Sequence record: SRR31156797_5219
Strand: one strand, 5' to 3'
Length of the DNA: 64,000 nucleotides
The notes beneath the pieces were generated by a model. The model saw nothing but the letters and a program-made list of their open reading frames with translations, was not told the DNA's origin and searched no databases. A program made the translations under genes and the position numbers. This document shows positions 29,510 through 38,677 of the stretch, piece after piece; positions within the stretch are counted from its first letter, which is position 1, and each line of letters starts with the position of its first letter.

Positions 29510-31325
29510 CTTCCCTCTCCAGTGTTATAGTGAATTTCGCACCCTTCCCCTCTTCGGATTCCGCACTTATCTGACCGCCGTGCTTCTTAATGATGTTATA
29601 TACCAGCGACAGTCCAAGCCCCATCCCTTTCTCTGGCGATTTAGAGGTGTGAAAGATGTCAAATATCTTATCAATATTCTCCCTTTTGATACCCGAGCCG
29701 GAGTCTGCGATACATAATATTATCTTATCTTCTGATTTCAGGCTTATAGATATTCTGCCGTTTTCTGAGATAGCGTCTATAGCATTTTGTATGAGGTTGA
29801 TAAGAACTTGCTGAAGGAGTGTAGAGCTCCCTTTAACTTTCGCATCTGTGAGCTCAAGGCTAACCTCAATATCGTCTTTGAAGTCCATATATTTTACTGT
29901 CTCTTCCACAAGGTATTTCATATCCACAATTTCTGAGAGGGTCTCTGCATCTTTTGACGGTGCGAGTTTTCGCAGATTCTGGATGATGTCTACACACCTT
30001 TTTGCTTCAGATTGTATAGTTTCAAGGTCTTCCGACTGATCAGGTATCTCATCCTCTATCAGCTTTGCGAGAAGCATAATGCTGTTCAGCGGTGTGTTAA
30101 GTTCGTGCGCAACACCGCCCGCCATTACCCCTAGTGCGGACAGCCGGTTCATAAGCTCAAGCTTAGTCTGGGTGTTCTGGATATCTTTTATGTATTCCTT
30201 CAGGGAAGCAGCCATAGAGCGTATGCTGTCTACAATTTCGCCTATCTCACCTGTGTATTCGCCTTTGAGTTCATGGTCGAAATCTCCTCTGCTGTATGCT
30301 TTAACCGATGATTTTATCTCAGCGTACGGCTTCATAAAATATCGGCTGAAGATGACCGCTGTCAGTATACTGAGGAATATAGAGAAGATCAGTACAGCTA
30401 AGAATTCGTGCCTCAGAAGATCGAGGGAACGGAAAAAATAATCTCTGTTAAGCAGGGTGCATATGCGCCACACCTGACTGGACGCCTCATACGGATTTAA
30501 CGATGTGCAGAACATGTAGCCATCGTCCAGCTCTAAGATAGTTTCTTTCTCCTGCTGAATCCACTTAAATGCCTCATCACCATAAACATTATCAAAGAAA
30601 TAGGATGTTCCGAACTGATTTGCAAATTCGTATTTCCTGTCGTAGTGGAATAAGAATACGCCATTCCTATTAGGGTCATACCTGTTAACCTCAGCTATGA
30701 AAGATATTCCACGCCTGTTATCAAGCTGGCTTACAGTTTCACCTATCTTACTCCCCCAGAAGTTTATTATCAGATATCCCAGTTTTACACCCTTATCATA
30801 GACAGGGATTAGCGACCGTATCATTGAAGGGCAGAATGATGTTGCATCCGGCAGATGCCCCCTCTCGAAATCGGAAAATACCGGCTTTTCTCCTTTTGAG
30901 TTCTTAACTTTCTGAAAGAATTTTCTATTCGATAGATTTATAGGTTCATAGTCCGGCTGGCGGGATAATATCTGACACTCACGGACAAAAACGAGTATAT
31001 CGCCATTTTCAGAAACAAGCCGCATAGCCTGTATATCTTCTATTTTATTGCAGTATGTCATGAACAGGTCTTCCGCCTGCCTTATGGTGGAGTGATCATT
31101 GAAATATGTTTTAAGGGTTTTGTTTTCAGCTATGGCGGTGGTCAGGTAACCCGCTTTATCGAGGAAATCATTTATTCCGTTCTTTTTCATGCGGAGTATC
31201 AGTTCCGCCTGAGACTTAACGTCGTCGTGGATAAGCTCTTTCGACTGGGCAAAGTATATCCCTGTGGTCATAGATAAAATAAATACTACTAGTACACTTA
31301 TGTACAGAGCTAAACGGGTTATCAT
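29484..31325 (-). CDS. Membrane sensor histidine kinase (periplasmic Cache-like, HAMP, HisKA, HATPase)
   Basis: Two TMs, AHELNTPL, NLIQNA, DSGSGI, GMGLGL. Confidence 0.93.
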   Translation of the reverse strand: MITRLALYISVLVVFILSMTTGIYFAQSKELIHDDVKSQAELILRMKKNGINDFLDKAGYLTTAIAENKTLKTYFNDHSTIRQAEDLFMTYCNKIEDIQAMRLVSENGDILVFVRECQILSRQPDYEPINLSNRKFFQKVKNSKGEKPVFSDFERGHLPDATSFCPSMIRSLIPVYDKGVKLGYLIINFWGSKIGETVSQLDNRRGISFIAEVNRYDPNRNGVFLFHYDRKYEFANQFGTSYFFDNVYGDEAFKWIQQEKETILELDDGYMFCTSLNPYEASSQVWRICTLLNRDYFFRSLDLLRHEFLAVLIFSIFLSILTAVIFSRYFMKPYAEIKSSVKAYSRGDFDHELKGEYTGEIGEIVDSIRSMAASLKEYIKDIQNTQTKLELMNRLSALGVMAGGVAHELNTPLNSIMLLAKLIEDEIPDQSEDLETIQSEAKRCVDIIQNLRKLAPSKDAETLSEIVDMKYLVEETVKYMDFKDDIEVSLELTDAKVKGSSTLLQQVLINLIQNAIDAISENGRISISLKSEDKIILCIADSGSGIKRENIDKIFDIFHTSKSPEKGMGLGLSLVYNIIKKHGGQISAESEEGKGAKFTITLEREDESSSDRR

Positions 31326-31523
31326 AAGTGTATTTTAGCCCCTTGCCTCTGTTATGTAAACGGAATAAAAATAACATGCTAGTTACCCAGAGATACTCTA
31401 CAGCTTTACACTCTGCTGCGACTGTGCAGAGTGTGCCCGGTTATCAACTGTCGCAATTACTATACCGTCTCTCGCTTTTACTTCTTCGATACTTGCCGCC
31501 AGCTTATCAAATACTGATGAAAA

Positions 31524-31620
31524 TGGCGGAGGCGCACAGGAATCGAACCTGCCCAACGGGGAATACCCGTCACAATCGGTTTTGAAGACCGCGGGGTGCA
31601 CCAGCATCCCAAACGCCCCC
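31524..31620 (-). tRNA. selC: tRNA-Sec (anticodon UCA)
   Basis: GGGGGCGU/GCGCCUCC 8-bp acceptor stem, anticodon loop CUUCAAA, long variable arm, GGUUCGAUUCC T-arm, encoded CCA; 97 nt. Confidence 0.95.
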
Positions 31621-31660
31621 ATTAAATGGATAGAAACGTCTAAATCAGCCTGTTTATAAG

Positions 31661-32071
31661 CTACAGACAGCCTTTAATCTTTTCTGCCATGGCGCCCATC
31701 TCGTCGAAATCATCGTACTCCTTCTTAATAGAAGCGAAATGAAGCCCGTCATCCTCATACCTAGGTATGATATGCAGATGCGAGTGGAAAACTTCCTGAC
31801 CGGCGGCGGCATTATTATTCTGTACAAGGTTCACTCCGTCACAGCCGGTAGCTTCCATCACAGCTTTGCCGAGGGTTCTGGCGATTTTATAAATAGCCTC
31901 CGCCTCCACATCAGGTGTATCGAGCATATTAATAAAATGCCTCTTAGGAACCACAAGCAGATGCCCTTTGTGAACAGGACTGATATCCAGAAAGGCTATA
32001 AAAAGAGTATCTTCATAGACCTTACTGCACGGAATATCTCCCGCGATTATCTTACAAAAAATACATTCCAT
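31661..32071 (-). CDS. HIT family hydrolase
   Basis: CIFCKII, GQEVFHSHLHIIPR. Confidence 0.95.
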   Translation of the reverse strand: MECIFCKIIAGDIPCSKVYEDTLFIAFLDISPVHKGHLLVVPKRHFINMLDTPDVEAEAIYKIARTLGKAVMEATGCDGVNLVQNNNAAAGQEVFHSHLHIIPRYEDDGLHFASIKKEYDDFDEMGAMAEKIKGCL

Positions 32072-32199
32072 GTCAAACCTCTAAGGATAATTTCTACAAA
32101 CTATTCTATACATTATGAAAAAGGAAAACAAGTTTTAAGATTAATGTATTGAAAATGCGGTTTTTCATCTTTATACTTAATAAATTAGAGGTGGTGCGC

Positions 32200-32790
32200 A
32201 TGAATACCGCGGGAAGCCCTGAAAAAAAACTGGAGATAGTTTATAAATATTTCTCCCATCACATACGGACTAACACTGCTGTGGTCGTTGCGATGCTTGA
32301 AGCTATCAACGAAGGCCTCTCTGACGAATCTATGACTCAGATGATTATGGAGTCAGGCTATCTGCTAGATATTTTCGACAGGGGGATGAGCGTCAGCTTT
32401 AACCATGTTTTCGGCAAAGAGGAGAGTTCACAGCAGGAAAATGTCGAAATCGCTACTCTCGTCAATTTATTCGTTGAAAATGCAGTTCCTAAAGACGGTA
32501 GCTATGAGCCTATAGTCAACATACCTGACGACATCAGAATCGAGTGCGAGCCTTACGCTCTTAAAAATCTTATACAGATTTTTATGCACGAAACTGTTCT
32601 CTCTGCTCAACCTAGCTTCAAAGTAGAGTTCAGCGGTAACACTCTTGAATTTATACCAAATAATGGCTTCTACGAAAACCCGCCTGTTTTTGAGATATTC
32701 AAAGATATCTTAAGCAAGCAGGGGATAGTAACTGAATATGATAAAATTTCTATAAAACTGAGGTTTCCAGATGAAAGTATTAATAGCTGA
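32200..32790 (+). CDS. Degenerate histidine-kinase-like protein (possible phosphotransferase)
   Basis: H-box-like FSHHIRT, no D/G1/G2 boxes; ATG at 32200 after GAGGTGG. Confidence 0.55.
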   Translation: MNTAGSPEKKLEIVYKYFSHHIRTNTAVVVAMLEAINEGLSDESMTQMIMESGYLLDIFDRGMSVSFNHVFGKEESSQQENVEIATLVNLFVENAVPKDGSYEPIVNIPDDIRIECEPYALKNLIQIFMHETVLSAQPSFKVEFSGNTLEFIPNNGFYENPPVFEIFKDILSKQGIVTEYDKISIKLRFPDESINS

Positions 32791-33130
32791 TGACGAATTA
32801 AGACTCAGAAAGGTTGTCTCTCTACATCTTAAAAAGAGCGGTATCGAGGTTGTCGAGGCGGGTAACGGGAAGGTTGCTGTCGAAATGGCAGAGGAACACA
32901 ACCCTGACGTTATAGTTCTTGATGTAATGATGCCTGAGAAGACCGGCCTTGAGGCTTGCGCAGAGTTGAAAAAGCAAGATCAGTTTAAAAATACTCCTAT
33001 TATCCTCCTGACAGCGATGGCTGAGTCTGATGATCTGAAAAAAGGGAAAGAGGCTGGTGCTGATGCATATCTGACTAAGCCTTTCAGCCCGAAAGAACTT
33101 ATCGATATTATAAAGAGTAAAGCTGAATGA
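32771..33130 (+). CDS. Single-domain response regulator
   Basis: LIADDE, LDVMMP, TKPF. Confidence 0.93.
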   Translation: MKVLIADDELRLRKVVSLHLKKSGIEVVEAGNGKVAVEMAEEHNPDVIVLDVMMPEKTGLEACAELKKQDQFKNTPIILLTAMAESDDLKKGKEAGADAYLTKPFSPKELIDIIKSKAE

Positions 33131-34236
33131 AAATACTTTATATAGGCTCTGCCGCAAGTAAAGAGCTTTTCCAGAATGCTTTAGGTCATGACGCAGAGCT
33201 GACTTCAGACAAAAAATCTGCGGCATGTCTTATTGAGATCACCGACACAGCGACACTATTCAAGCTTCCTAAAAAATTCGCTGTACCTACATATTTTTAC
33301 CTAACCGTAAAAGATAAGCAGATCATAGATGCTATGAAGGAATTCAAAATCTCAGGCATCTTCTTTCCGCCTCTCAAGCCTGACGATGTTAAAAAGAAAT
33401 TCCTCGGTGCAATGCCAGATGTAGGCTCTAAATCAGATATAAATGAATTCGACACTCTAAAAGCTAAAATAATTGCTAAAGCAGAGAACATACCACCGCT
33501 TCCGGCACTTGCGAGGGACCTTATAAACCTCACACGTAATGACAAGAGCCAGATGAAGGATTTCATAGATAAAATAAAAATGGACCAAGGACTAAGCTCC
33601 CGAATAATAAAACTGGTTAACTCCCCTTTCTACGGATTAAGACAAGACGTTTCCAGCCTAGACAGAGCGACTGTCCTGCTCGGCATTAATACATTGAAAA
33701 ACCTCGCACTAGCGATATCGACTGAGCAGTTTTTCTCGAAAAACTTCAGTCTGTATAAATCCACAGGGCAACAGCTTTGGGATCATTCATTCCTTGTGGC
33801 GAGGCTTTGCGAACTGCTGGCAAAAGCTGCTGGCGAAGACGAGGACTCACTTTACCTCGCAGGTCTCATGCACGACATAGGCAAAACTGTGCTGGTTGAT
33901 TTCCTCGTAAAAGAGGTTGATGATACAGACGATGAGATAGCCCAGCTTGGTACAGATCACTGTGCCGTAGGCGAGCTTGTGCTTCGCAAATGGGCAGTTA
34001 TAAACGTCATCGCAGATGCAGTACGCGCACATCATCAGCCATCATCAGGCAAATTTAACGCTGTACTTTATTACGCTAATCAACTTGCGATAGAGGATGG
34101 AGACAGCGAAATCCTCGAAGATGCCTCACTGGCACTTGAGATAACTGTTGATGAGCTAGCAGAGGCTATCAGCCCTATATTTACAGTAATTGGCGAAGAA
34201 GGGGGGCACAGTGAAGCTTCAGAAAAGACTTCTTGA
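33127..34236 (+). CDS. HDOD domain protein
   Basis: IPPLP, LVNSPFYG, LWDHS, GLMHDIGK. Confidence 0.9.
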   Translation: MKILYIGSAASKELFQNALGHDAELTSDKKSAACLIEITDTATLFKLPKKFAVPTYFYLTVKDKQIIDAMKEFKISGIFFPPLKPDDVKKKFLGAMPDVGSKSDINEFDTLKAKIIAKAENIPPLPALARDLINLTRNDKSQMKDFIDKIKMDQGLSSRIIKLVNSPFYGLRQDVSSLDRATVLLGINTLKNLALAISTEQFFSKNFSLYKSTGQQLWDHSFLVARLCELLAKAAGEDEDSLYLAGLMHDIGKTVLVDFLVKEVDDTDDEIAQLGTDHCAVGELVLRKWAVINVIADAVRAHHQPSSGKFNAVLYYANQLAIEDGDSEILEDASLALEITVDELAEAISPIFTVIGEEGGHSEASEKTS

Positions 34237-35776
34237 TACTCTTTTTACAAACAGTCTTCCCGATTTTTTCCACTGCTTAAATGAGCATTTGAAAAATACG
34301 TGGTTTACCCCATATACTTTATGGCAAGTTGGAAATTCTATGTGTGAGCCTGTCGCCGGACAGCATAAAGATTCAGAGGGGCGCTACGACCTTCACGACT
34401 TCGGCTACAACGGCAAAAACTCTAATACAGAAGAATTTACACTTGAGTTTTTTGATGAGACTATTCAGGTAAAATCTACAATATTCTTTATCTATATGGG
34501 TAATGTACACGGCATTGTCACCTTTCACGAGGAACCTGATGCGGTCTTTATCGAAATGGAGACCTATTGCGAATATATAGGTCAGCGTATGAGTGAAATT
34601 ATCTCACGTGAGAGAAATATAAACGTTTACGTCGATTATCAGAAGAAACTTGAGTTTGTTAAACAGTCCAGCAGGATCCTCAAAGCTGTTGAGGTTGACG
34701 AGGTTATGGCTGTTGCCCTGAATTTCTTCATGGATACATTCAGCGCTGAGGCGGGGTGTACTATCCACAACAGTGAGTTACAGGGCTTTGGAGTTGAATT
34801 TGATGATCTGAAGAACAACATCACTCTTTCGGATAAACCGCTCCTCGGTGAGATAGCTAAAATGGAAGCTACAGAGTTCATAGACAGCTTTATCGAGTGC
34901 ACCAAGTTTAATATTGATAACATTTTCTTCATTTACGAAGAGAGCATGGATATAAGAATTGTCCTGTTTAACATACACTTTGACATTATACCTGACAAAG
35001 AATTCTCAGAGCTTGTGTCGTCTATCGTGACCACTGCCGTTGAAAACGCCCAGTATCACAAGCGCATGACAGATATCAAAGTTCAGGAATCTGAGATGCA
35101 GGTAACAGGGGACATACTCAACAAGTTTGTTAAGCGTAACCTCGAACTTCATAATAATATCAACATCTCCGGTATCAACTACCCTGCGAAAGCTGCGGGC
35201 GGCGATTTCCTTATGCTGAAAGAGACTGATAACGGTGTATTTTTCACTGTTGCTGACGTATGCGGTAAGGGATACTCTGCTGCGGTTTTCACTGTTGTTC
35301 TCTCTGTTTTCACTGAGAATGCTACCCTGTTCGACAATGAGGGTTCCCTTAAAAATCTTGTAACTGCGCTCAACAGATACTTACTTGCTAAGAAATTCTC
35401 TGACAGATTTATCACTGCCTTTTTCGGCTATATAGATAAAGATGCCACTCATATGAGATACATCTCATGCGGGCACGAACCTGCTGCTATCTTTAACGAA
35501 AACAAAAATGATGTAGTGATAAACTCTGACTTCCTGCCTATCGGACTCTTCGAAGAGGAGCACTTTGAAAAGAGCATCGACCTGACAGAAGGTGATACTA
35601 TTTTTGTCTACACAGACGGACTTGTGGAGTACACCACAGACGAACATCTTAGAGAAGATGTCAAACAGCTTGCAAAATTTCACGAAGGCAATATACTTGA
35701 TACCCTGTACGACGAGATGGTTAAAGAGAAGAGCGCCCAAAAGGACGACTTCACCTGTATGATCATCAGAATTTAG
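34211..35776 (+). CDS. SpoIIE/RsbU-type PP2C phosphatase
   Basis: AGGDF, ADVCGKG, YTDGL, DDFT; GTG start at 34211 after a G-rich SD. Confidence 0.9.
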   Translation: MKLQKRLLDTLFTNSLPDFFHCLNEHLKNTWFTPYTLWQVGNSMCEPVAGQHKDSEGRYDLHDFGYNGKNSNTEEFTLEFFDETIQVKSTIFFIYMGNVHGIVTFHEEPDAVFIEMETYCEYIGQRMSEIISRERNINVYVDYQKKLEFVKQSSRILKAVEVDEVMAVALNFFMDTFSAEAGCTIHNSELQGFGVEFDDLKNNITLSDKPLLGEIAKMEATEFIDSFIECTKFNIDNIFFIYEESMDIRIVLFNIHFDIIPDKEFSELVSSIVTTAVENAQYHKRMTDIKVQESEMQVTGDILNKFVKRNLELHNNINISGINYPAKAAGGDFLMLKETDNGVFFTVADVCGKGYSAAVFTVVLSVFTENATLFDNEGSLKNLVTALNRYLLAKKFSDRFITAFFGYIDKDATHMRYISCGHEPAAIFNENKNDVVINSDFLPIGLFEEEHFEKSIDLTEGDTIFVYTDGLVEYTTDEHLREDVKQLAKFHEGNILDTLYDEMVKEKSAQKDDFTCMIIRI

Positions 35777-35785
35777 AGGTATCAC

Positions 35786-36478
35786 TTGGAACAGAAATCC
35801 CGCGAAATCCAGCAGATGTTTGATGACATCGCTCATAAATACGACTTCCTTAACAGAGTGCTCAGCTTCCGTGCTGACGTGCGCTGGAGGAAAAAAGCTA
35901 TTAAACTTGCCGGCATAGCAGAGGGGCAGACAGTGCTCGACCTCGCCTGCGGAACTGCTGACATGATAATAGAGATGGACTCACGTGTAAAAGACGTAAC
36001 TATCATCGGCGGCGACTTCAGCTATAACATGCTTAAGCTCGGCTATGAAAAGTTTCCGAAAGGTGCTTTCAGCGTATCCGATGCCCACACCCTTCCGTTT
36101 AAAGATAACAGTTTCGACAGGATGACAATTTCATTCGGCTTCCGTAATGTCACTGATAAACCTAAAGGTTTAAAAGAGATGCACCGGGTGCTTAAACCGG
36201 GTGGAAAGCTCTGCATCTTAGAGTTTTCTCAGCCGGAGGGCTGGTTTTTCAGCAGGCTATACAGACTGTATTTCACTAAGATACTCCCTTTCATCGGCGG
36301 AATAATCTCTGGCAACAGAGGAGCTTACGAATACCTTCCTGATTCTGTCTACAAATTCCCCAAGAGGGACGTTTACAGAGAAATGGTTCTTCAGGCTGGA
36401 TTCGAAGCTGTTGATTTCAACCCGATGACATTCGGCATCTGCGATGCAACAATCTGTCACAAAGCATCTTCAATTTAA
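35786..36478 (+). CDS. ubiE: Ubiquinone/menaquinone C-methyltransferase UbiE/MenG
   Basis: MFDDIAHKYDFLNRVLS, LDLACGT, FGFRNV, RVLKPGG, YEYLPDS. Confidence 0.93.
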   Translation: MEQKSREIQQMFDDIAHKYDFLNRVLSFRADVRWRKKAIKLAGIAEGQTVLDLACGTADMIIEMDSRVKDVTIIGGDFSYNMLKLGYEKFPKGAFSVSDAHTLPFKDNSFDRMTISFGFRNVTDKPKGLKEMHRVLKPGGKLCILEFSQPEGWFFSRLYRLYFTKILPFIGGIISGNRGAYEYLPDSVYKFPKRDVYREMVLQAGFEAVDFNPMTFGICDATICHKASSI

Positions 36479-37250
36479 TACATTTTTAGAAGCTCTTGAG
36501 TCTTCTGGTGAGTTACTGCGCCTTGATGGAGATATCTCAGGCTTAGAGATGGCCAAACGTGCGTCGTACGAGTGCAAAAACGGTGGTAAAGCTCTCCTTT
36601 TCGAAAGAGAAATACCTATCGCCATAAACCTTTTCGCATCAGAAAAGAGAGTAGCTATCGCTCAGCAAACCAGTGAGAACCACCCACCTTCAAACATATA
36701 TAAACAAATCAGCCTGTCAGACCTGCCGATACTAAAACATTATAAAGGCGACGTGTCAGGTTCGATAAATATCGGCTGTGTAATCAGCGGAAGAGACAGT
36801 GGAATATACCGTATCCAGCCTTTATCAGACGATGAGGCGATAGTCCACTGCTATCCTTCATCAACCCTAGCAAAGAAGCTTGCACAAGGCGATGTACCCA
36901 TCACTATAGCTATCGGCACAGCACCTATGCTAACACTCCTCTCAGCATCATCAGCAGGTAATGAACTAGATAAGGTCGCCTGTGATTTTATCCATAACGG
37001 GCATCACCCTGTACCAGCCGGAACCCAGATAATAATTAACGGTGTAGTCTCTTCAACTGAGAAAAAAGCTGAAGGTCCTTTTATGATTTACACAGGAGAG
37101 TATTCGAAAGTCGAGGATTATCCGCTGATGCATATTGAATCGGTGCAGATTGTCCAAAACGGTATCTATCACACTCTTGTAACTGGGAAATACCCTATGG
37201 AGAGCGAATTTATACTGAATGCTGCAAGATTATTTGAGAACGAGAAGTAA
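36444..37250 (+). CDS. Shortened UbiD-family protein (268 aa)
   Basis: FLEALESSGEL, ALLFE, INLF, LPIL, GIYRIQ, EGPF motifs; about half normal UbiD length. Confidence 0.7.
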   Translation: MQQSVTKHLQFNTFLEALESSGELLRLDGDISGLEMAKRASYECKNGGKALLFEREIPIAINLFASEKRVAIAQQTSENHPPSNIYKQISLSDLPILKHYKGDVSGSINIGCVISGRDSGIYRIQPLSDDEAIVHCYPSSTLAKKLAQGDVPITIAIGTAPMLTLLSASSAGNELDKVACDFIHNGHHPVPAGTQIIINGVVSSTEKKAEGPFMIYTGEYSKVEDYPLMHIESVQIVQNGIYHTLVTGKYPMESEFILNAARLFENEK

Positions 37251-37985
37251 AACAGCGAATATAAAAATCACCAGCGTCACAAACCTTTTAAGAAAAGTCT
37301 GGCTGACCTTCACACTGATCGAAACAGCGGTCACAGCACCGAGTGCCATGCCAGCACCGAGAACCAGACCGGGTAGAAAAAGAACCTTACCGGCGTATAT
37401 GAATATCACAAGAGAGACTGTCGCAGCTATAAGATTAAGGAAGAGCTTCACCGCCTGAGCACGGACGATATCTATACCGACGAGGATAGAGGCGGCAACC
37501 ATCATAAAACCGACCCCCGCCTGAACAAAGCCGCTATACACACCGATACCAAAATAAACAATACTGCTAATTATTAACGCTTTACCTGTTAGAACGACAT
37601 CTTCTTTCTTCTCTTTCCCTGTTGGTTTGAAAAAAGTCACAAGTGTCATCATTACCATAAAAAAGGCGAAATACTTTTTAAAAGCATCATCAGCTATAAC
37701 TGTCGCCAGATAAGCACCGGCGATAGCCCCAACTGCTGTGGGGATGGCCATTGCAAAGCTGTATTTTTTAGGGAAATAACCGATCTTCTTATACTTTCTC
37801 GAGCCGAAGAACGACTGAAGCCATACGCCAAGCCTATTGGTGGCGTTCGCAACTGTAGGCTCAAGCCCTGTGAATATCAGAAGCGGAACAGTGATAAAAG
37901 AACCACCGCCGGCGAGAGCATTCAAAAGCCCTGCACCAGCACCAACGACAAAAAGTACCGCAAGCTGTAATATGTTGATATCCAT
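37230..37985 (-). CDS. Sulfite exporter TauE/SafE family membrane protein
   Basis: NALAGGGSFITVPLL, ANATN, GVYSGFVQAGVG. Confidence 0.9.
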   Translation of the reverse strand: MDINILQLAVLFVVGAGAGLLNALAGGGSFITVPLLIFTGLEPTVANATNRLGVWLQSFFGSRKYKKIGYFPKKYSFAMAIPTAVGAIAGAYLATVIADDAFKKYFAFFMVMMTLVTFFKPTGKEKKEDVVLTGKALIISSIVYFGIGVYSGFVQAGVGFMMVAASILVGIDIVRAQAVKLFLNLIAATVSLVIFIYAGKVLFLPGLVLGAGMALGAVTAVSISVKVSQTFLKRFVTLVIFIFAVLLLVLK

Positions 37986-38044
37986 AAAGGTATATTAAAC
38001 CAAAAAATGATTTATGCACACCATTTAAAATGCTATAAGAAACT

Positions 38045-38677
38045 ATGATTAGAAAAGAACGTGCAAAAATATTCGAAGAATACCTTACAGAAAAATATCC
38101 TGTTGTGGTCTGTTCGCTGAACTATCAGACGCCCTTTCAGCTTCTGACTGCCACCATACTCAGCGCCCAGTGCACTGATGCACGTGTAAATATCGTCACA
38201 CAGGATCTTTTTAAGGCATACCCCGACGCTTTTTCACTCGCTGATGCGGATATATCAGATGTTGAAAAACTTATTAAAAGCACAGGTATGTATAAGATGA
38301 AATCGAAAAACATAGTCAGCATGGCTAAGACTCTTGTTGAGAATCACGGCGGTGAGGTCCCCGAAGAGATGGACGAACTGCTGTCTCTCGCAGGTGTGGG
38401 TCGTAAAACCGCTAATGTCGTGAGGGGTAATCTGTGGAAAAAACCAGGAGTCGTTGTAGATACTCACGTTAAGAGGATAGCAAAGCGGATCGGTCTGACG
38501 AATAACACCGACCCTGACAAGGTCGAAAAGGATTTGGAAAAGTTAATTAAAGGCGAAAACCACTGCGATTGGTGCCATAGGGTCATATATTTTGGTCGGG
38601 AAATCTGCAACGCCAGAAGCCCGAAATGCGAGAACTGCGGAGTTACACATGCATGCAAATACTACTCTTCACTTTGA
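38045..38677 (+). CDS. nth: Endonuclease III
   Basis: LSAQCTD, GVGRKTAN, VDTHV, C-X6-C-X2-C-X5-C Fe-S motif. Confidence 0.95.
   Translation: MIRKERAKIFEEYLTEKYPVVVCSLNYQTPFQLLTATILSAQCTDARVNIVTQDLFKAYPDAFSLADADISDVEKLIKSTGMYKMKSKNIVSMAKTLVENHGGEVPEEMDELLSLAGVGRKTANVVRGNLWKKPGVVVDTHVKRIAKRIGLTNNTDPDKVEKDLEKLIKGENHCDWCHRVIYFGREICNARSPKCENCGVTHACKYYSSL

Noticed and set aside
31326-31523. Active integrative element at selC
   Set aside because: No integrase, transposase or duplicated tRNA 3' end was found in the window.
31398-31622. 74-aa ORF on the minus strand
   Set aside because: Its first half is the tRNA-Sec gene read as codons; only the distal part is kept as a possible glmS remnant.
31661-32071. 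HIT hydrolase as microcin C immunity linked to YejABEF
   Set aside because: It is 22 kb from the yej genes, looks like an ordinary HIT protein, and no mcc biosynthesis genes are present.
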